A stretch of DNA of 41,636 bases from Octopus bimaculoides (lineage: Eukaryota): NCBI RefSeq assembly GCF_001194135.2, contig NC_069003.1, forward strand, positions 149,622 to 191,257, written 5' to 3'. Position numbers and translations under genes: made by a program. Positions 36,568-41,636 of this stretch are shown here, in pieces. The first letter of the stretch is position 1; each line of letters opens with the position of its first letter. The notes beneath the pieces were generated by a model that worked only from the letters and a program-made list of their open reading frames with translations, did not search any database and had not been told where the DNA came from.

Positions 36568-37364
36568 GTAACTACTTCTAATATATTTTAACTATGAAAC
36601 TGATGTGTTGCTAAGCTAAAGAAGGAGACATGCTAGAAACAGCAAACAATTGCCATCAAACTACACCCTCAAGTATTAAAAAAAGAATGGATAAATGTAG
36701 TTTTAGAGGCATTTTCTGAAAAAGGATGGATATTCATGATTGGAAAGCCTTTGATCCGAAGTTTGTTCATACAGGATTAGCCTTGGTCAAAATAACAACA
36801 TCTGACATATTTCTTCACAACTATTCCATCTCCCCTTTTTTAATTCAATAAATTTTGTTCTTATTTACTCTTTTTATTTAATTTAGATTCAGTGCTTGGA
36901 AATGTTTTAAGCTATCTTTTTATTTAAAAGATTGCCACTTGATTTTTGGCATTGAATTACCCGTATAATGGGTCTTTAATGTTCTGAGAATCTCTTCTTA
37001 GGGTCAGTGTTAAACTGGTACTTGGTAAGGACTAAAACAGTTGATAGACAGATCAATAACTGAGGTTAATTCAGTCTAGGCGCAGGAGTGGCTTGGGGTA
37101 AGAAGTTTGCAATGAAAAGACATTCCTCTTGAGTGATAACCACACCTGTTCATCATTCGGGGGATCTCTGCAGGTGGTGAAGCTCCACTGCATCTATACA
37201 TCAGCTTGCAACACAAAAGGATTGATGACCTGACACATTGGAATGTGTCTCTTCTATAAGAAGCCAAAGATCAGATATTTTAATCTTATCAGTCAGAAAC
37301 TGGGACGAAGCACAACTGTTAAGTAACAAACAATGACAAAAGGCTATGTAAGTGTTTTGCTACT

Positions 37365-37720
37365 TGGTGTAAACTTTTACAGATTGTTTCCTCTCAGCCC
37401 ATTTCTGAGTAAGACTGCCCCTGCCCTGCTTCTTATCTCATCTCTACTGTGGTCCACATGAAAGTCCAGGCTGAATCAGACCTCAAGCAGGTTAATCAGC
37501 CCATTGGTTCAACACCTCATGATGCTGTCAGAGGGTATTGACTTACTTCTCCAGTTACCTAGCTACAAATCCACCAAATTGTCTGGGTCAATGTTTGTCC
37601 CTGCCACCACCTTATATTCCTTCAGAATAGTATTATCCGCCTCCACTTGGGTAGTGCTTGATACCATGATGGTGATGTCAACTACATACCACCAACGCAT
37701 GGCCTTCTTGTCCTGTTTAA
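37365..37720 (-). mobile_element. Decayed L1/Tx1-type RT fragment
   Basis: YVVDITIMVSS...ILKEYKVVAG (degenerate YADD region) and TQKWAERKQSVK, homologous to 31700-31900. Confidence 0.75.
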
Positions 37721-37884
37721 ATAAGGCTGTCCTATATTTGTGTATGTTTATTGTGTGTGTGTGTGTGTGTGTGCATGCATGTGTGTGTGTGTTTGCATAT
37801 GTATGCACGTTGTGTGTGTGTGTGTATACATACATAAATATATATTATATATACATACTATATATATTATATATACATACTATA

Positions 37885-37926
<42 letters not shown>

Positions 37927-38035
37927 GATGTATATACATGCCCACACATCCATTCCAGCATGAAAGGCGGATGTTAAACAATGATGATATGTAAATTTGT
38001 TTTCTTATAATAATAAAGAATCAATTTTTTCTCAG

Positions 38036-38154
38036 TGAAATCTTAAAAACCCGTGATGGTGGTCGCATTCAAATAGATTGGTTAGAAAACCAAAATCCAG
38101 ACCATCCTGACCCAGCAAAGCGTCCTACAGTTATACTTTTACCTGGATTAACAG
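38036..38154 (+). CDS. ABHD3: ABHD1/ABHD3-like hydrolase, exon 3 (S-EILKTRDGGRIQIDW...RPTVILLPGLT-G)
   Basis: Acceptor TTTTTTCTCAG|, donor G|GTAATT; DGG...DW and PT.I.LPGLTG motifs; 119 nt, phase 2/1; next exon not found in the window. Confidence 0.95.
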
Positions 38155-38424
38155 GTAATTATCTACACTTTTACCTCTTTTGATGCTGTAATTTAGCCAT
38201 ATTTATGCACCTATCTATGCACACACTGGAAGCTGATTATGATAATCATGGATATTATTATCAATTGATTATTGTTATTAAAATTAATGGATTTCAACCC
38301 TGCTTAGGATAGTTATGTCTTCTGCTTTATGTTATCTTTCAGCCATTGTTATCAAAAAGGAAACATTCCAACATATTTACGATGAATGGTTTCCAATATA
38401 TGTGTGTGCATGTGCATGTGTGTG

Positions 38425-38488
<64 letters not shown>

Positions 38489-39014
38489 TAGTGGGACCTA
38501 AAGATAGTCGCTCATCTGCTACTCATTGAAAAGTAAAAGAATACAATGATTACTTTATGCTCAATTTTATAGACTTAACACACAACAGCACTCATCAAAT
38601 AAACTTTCACTCTTATTTTTCCATTTTCTCCCCATAAATAAACAGAAAGAATCCCATACAATATGATACAACCTTCAGCTGAATTGCATCTGTCTGCCAC
38701 ATAAATAAGCGTGAATATGTCATGAAATTGCACTAATGCACATGTGTTAAGTGACAGGTGATATATAAAAAAAAAACAGTTCAATTAAAAAAGAAAAACA
38801 TTTTTCACTATTCACTCACCACCTCCACCACCACCACCACCACCCTCTCTCTCACCTTCCAAAATGGAGACATAACTTTAATAATCCCTAACATATATCA
38901 ATGACTTTCACATTATATAATAGGGATTAACCAGTGGAATACCTTGGATTATTTAATCCCTAATGGGCATATAACCTCCTTGAATCAACTCTCTATCTCT
39001 CTATCTCTCTCTAT

Positions 39015-39285
39015 CTCTCTCTCTCCTTCAACTCTTCTGGACAGTCTCCTTGTTTAAGTTGATGAATGCTGACATAATCCTTGCCTTCAGTTAATTTTTG
39101 ATGTTACAAGGAGTTTTGTTGGCTCCTTGTTCAACTGTGCCCTACACATAATAATTAGGGGTTTGCAGTCTGGGCAGTTACGTGGCCAGATGTTAGGGGT
39201 GATGTGGTCACAGAAATTGTCTGGCAGCCATGATTGGGTTCTCCTGCTTGTGTGGCATGGAGCAGAGTCCTGTTACCAAGGAGAG
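39015..39285 (-). mobile_element. Decayed Tc1/mariner (maT-like) transposase C-terminal fragment
   Basis: QDSAPCHTSRRTQSWLPDNFCDHITPNIWP.NCPDC...LKARIMSAFINLNKETVQKS. Confidence 0.85.
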
Positions 39286-39448
39286 TGAAAGAAAGGGAGA
39301 GAGAGAGTGGGAGAAGGGGAGAGAGAGATGGGGGGAGAGAGAGAAAGGGATAAAGAGATAGTGGGAGAAAGAGAGAGAGAGGGAAAAGGGAGAGAGAAAG
39401 GCAGAGAGAGGGAAGGAGAGAGGGAGAGAGAGAAAGTGAGAGAGATAG

Positions 39449-39509
<61 letters not shown>
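39277..39509. repeat. Polypurine (GA/GGA/GATA) low-complexity tract running into N gap 39510-39638
   Basis: Seen directly. Confidence 0.9.
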
Positions 39510-41636
39510 NNNNNNNNNNNNNNNNNNNNNNNNNNNNNNNNNNNNNNNNNNNNNNNNNNNNNNNNNNNNNNNNNNNNNNNNNNNNNNNNNNNNNNNNNNN
39601 NNNNNNNNNNNNNNNNNNNNNNNNNNNNNNNNNNNNNNAGCCAGCCAGCCAGCCATGTGAAGAGTACTCTAATTGGGGGGGGGGGGGAGTCACTTACACT
39701 TGTATCTTGTCTAGGGTAGACATTTAGCTAAGGAGAATTGCATAATCGGTTATTTCAGTTCATTATGTAACTATAGACATTTATGGAGAGTCAATTGAAG
39801 CCGGCATTGGGAAAGTGAATGTAAAGCTATAATCACAAATGTCTCAATTATAAAAAATTGACTAATTAACTAATTAGTATATTTTATATGAAGTTTTTAA
39901 ATCTGTCAGTTTCTTAATGATCAGTCTGAAGTATTAGATAATCAACTCTAATTTTTATACGTATAATTGCACTATTTTTTTTAATCATCTTTAATTTCTA
40001 TCTATTTTTCAGTGTGTTGTTTGTTGTTATTCCATAAATACTATATCGTGTTCAATTTACATCATTTGTGCACTTACAGCCAAAAAGCGATGGCTGTTTT
40101 TTGGAATATGTCCAATAGATGTTTAAGAATTTCCATTTAGCCTCTAGAAAGAGCGAGAGTATATTACACTTCTAGCAGACAACAGCTCTGACATGTCTTG
40201 TAAAGAAGAGTAGCTCTCCGGATACCAATGTTCACTTACTTTGTACAGGGTATAAAAATAACTTTGGCAATATTGCTATTGATTTTAGATGTAGGCCAAC
40301 ACTATAATATATCGGAAGGAAAATGTTTCTTTTTGTCAGATTTCTTAGATTCAACTGAACATGGCGCTGTAGGCCAAATATTATTATGGATAAAAATTTT
40401 CAAAAAATTAAATTTCCTTCACATTTAAACTGTTGATATTTTCTGTAACTAATATTTCTTTATTTATAATCTATTAAGAAAATTATGATTTAGGAAAGGA
40501 GCCTCTGTGTGGTCATTCAATCTGCTAGAAATAGTAATGATATCTCCCTCAAATCACACCTTACTATCTTCATAAAAGTACACATTAGATAATATAGTCA
40601 TAGATGCAAGTGCTAGGGTCAATTACATCAACTTATCCTTTCTTCCAAAATTGCTGGACTTGTGCTGAAATTTGAAATCAATATTAGCCATGAATGGAGG
40701 GGAATATTGGAGCATTCGATGAAATGCTTTGTGGTGCTTGTTGTGACTTTGCCAAGGTTAGCCTTGCTTTCCATCTTCCAGGGGTTGATAAATAAGTACG
40801 AAGGTGGTGGAATTGTTCTTACTCTTTGTGTTTGGAGTTCAAATCTTGTGGATTATGTGGCTGATAGATTAACACCAGTTTAACACCACCATTTGGTTGT
40901 TGGGTTCTTTTAGTAGATCTGCTGTAAGTATTCTGGCTAAGACTCCAGTTGAGGATACTATCCTCCCTCTCTTCCACCAGTCTTAGAGACCGGCCATTGG
41001 GACTGCCCTTCCTTCTTGACTAAGCAATAAATAAATAAAGCCCATAATGATGAATGATAACACTAACGTTGGCAAGATTTGAACTTAGAAAATCCTTTTG
41101 ATTCTGACTGAATATGTCTTATGTGCATGAATGTTATAGAATCTCAATTTTATTTTTCATTAATGTATATCTTTATTTCTAATATTCCTTGGTAGGAAAT
41201 CAATTATGTGTTTTATTTCAAGTAGATTTATAAAAGACATTTGGAAGGAGATTATAAAGAGACAGATTTTAGATTATAAATGAATTTTGCTAAACAACAA
41301 AATCTAGTGAAGCAATTTCGATTTCTTCCTTGAAATAATAATCTTTTGCTGAGTCATTAAATAACTGTTTATTTTTTGTATTTTCAATTAATTCTTCCAC
41401 TTGAAAGAAATAAAGAATCCAATAAAACAAAAATAAAATAGAGATGCATAAAACAGAATACAAAATATTGAAATTAATTCAAATTCAAAACTAACAATTC
41501 TAAATTCTTTAAATTCTTTACAGTTCTGTCTATTTGGTAGCTTGACATTGTCTCATTCAAGTTCTGAGTTTAAATTCTGCCCCAGTTGATTTGGATGAAA
41601 TGGGTTTCAGCTTTGACCTTCCTGTCTGTTTTGTTT

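Noticed and set aside
40013-40130. Possible next ABHD exon after TTTTTCAG (CVVCCY...)
   Set aside because: Lacks the expected family continuation (S..SY...GYR.VVFN.RG); the true exon 4 is probably outside the window

Overview
AT-rich, microsatellite- and SINE-dense eukaryotic DNA. The repeat families look cephalopod, most likely an Octopus draft assembly (inference from recalled repeat families), with five N gaps. Two + strand genes are supported by splice-exact exon reconstruction. The first is a complete 5-exon TMEM18 (CDS 2263-2316, 6929-7046, 7920-7974, 9885-9978, 11572-11715; 154 aa). The second is the first three coding exons of an ABHD1/ABHD3-type alpha/beta hydrolase (21069-21245, 36404-36567, 38036-38154), with a 15,158 bp first intron; it continues beyond the window. 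The rest is mostly decayed mobile DNA: tRNA-headed SINEs, RTE, CR1/L2 and L1/Tx1 LINE fragments, Tc1/mariner transposase remnants and one hAT-type MITE. Nearly all ORFs in the supplied track are microsatellite or compositional artefacts. There is no CRISPR array, rRNA or intact tRNA, and no clear novel multi-gene system. Best leads: a TAATG stop-start uORF on the TMEM18 start codon, an orphan protein-like exon on the - strand that may belong to a gene overlapping TMEM18, a candidate poison exon in TMEM18 intron 3, candidate hidden - strand exons between the two genes, and a ~570 bp near-identical direct duplication bracketing the ABHD promoter (possibly an assembly artefact). All of these are hypotheses.
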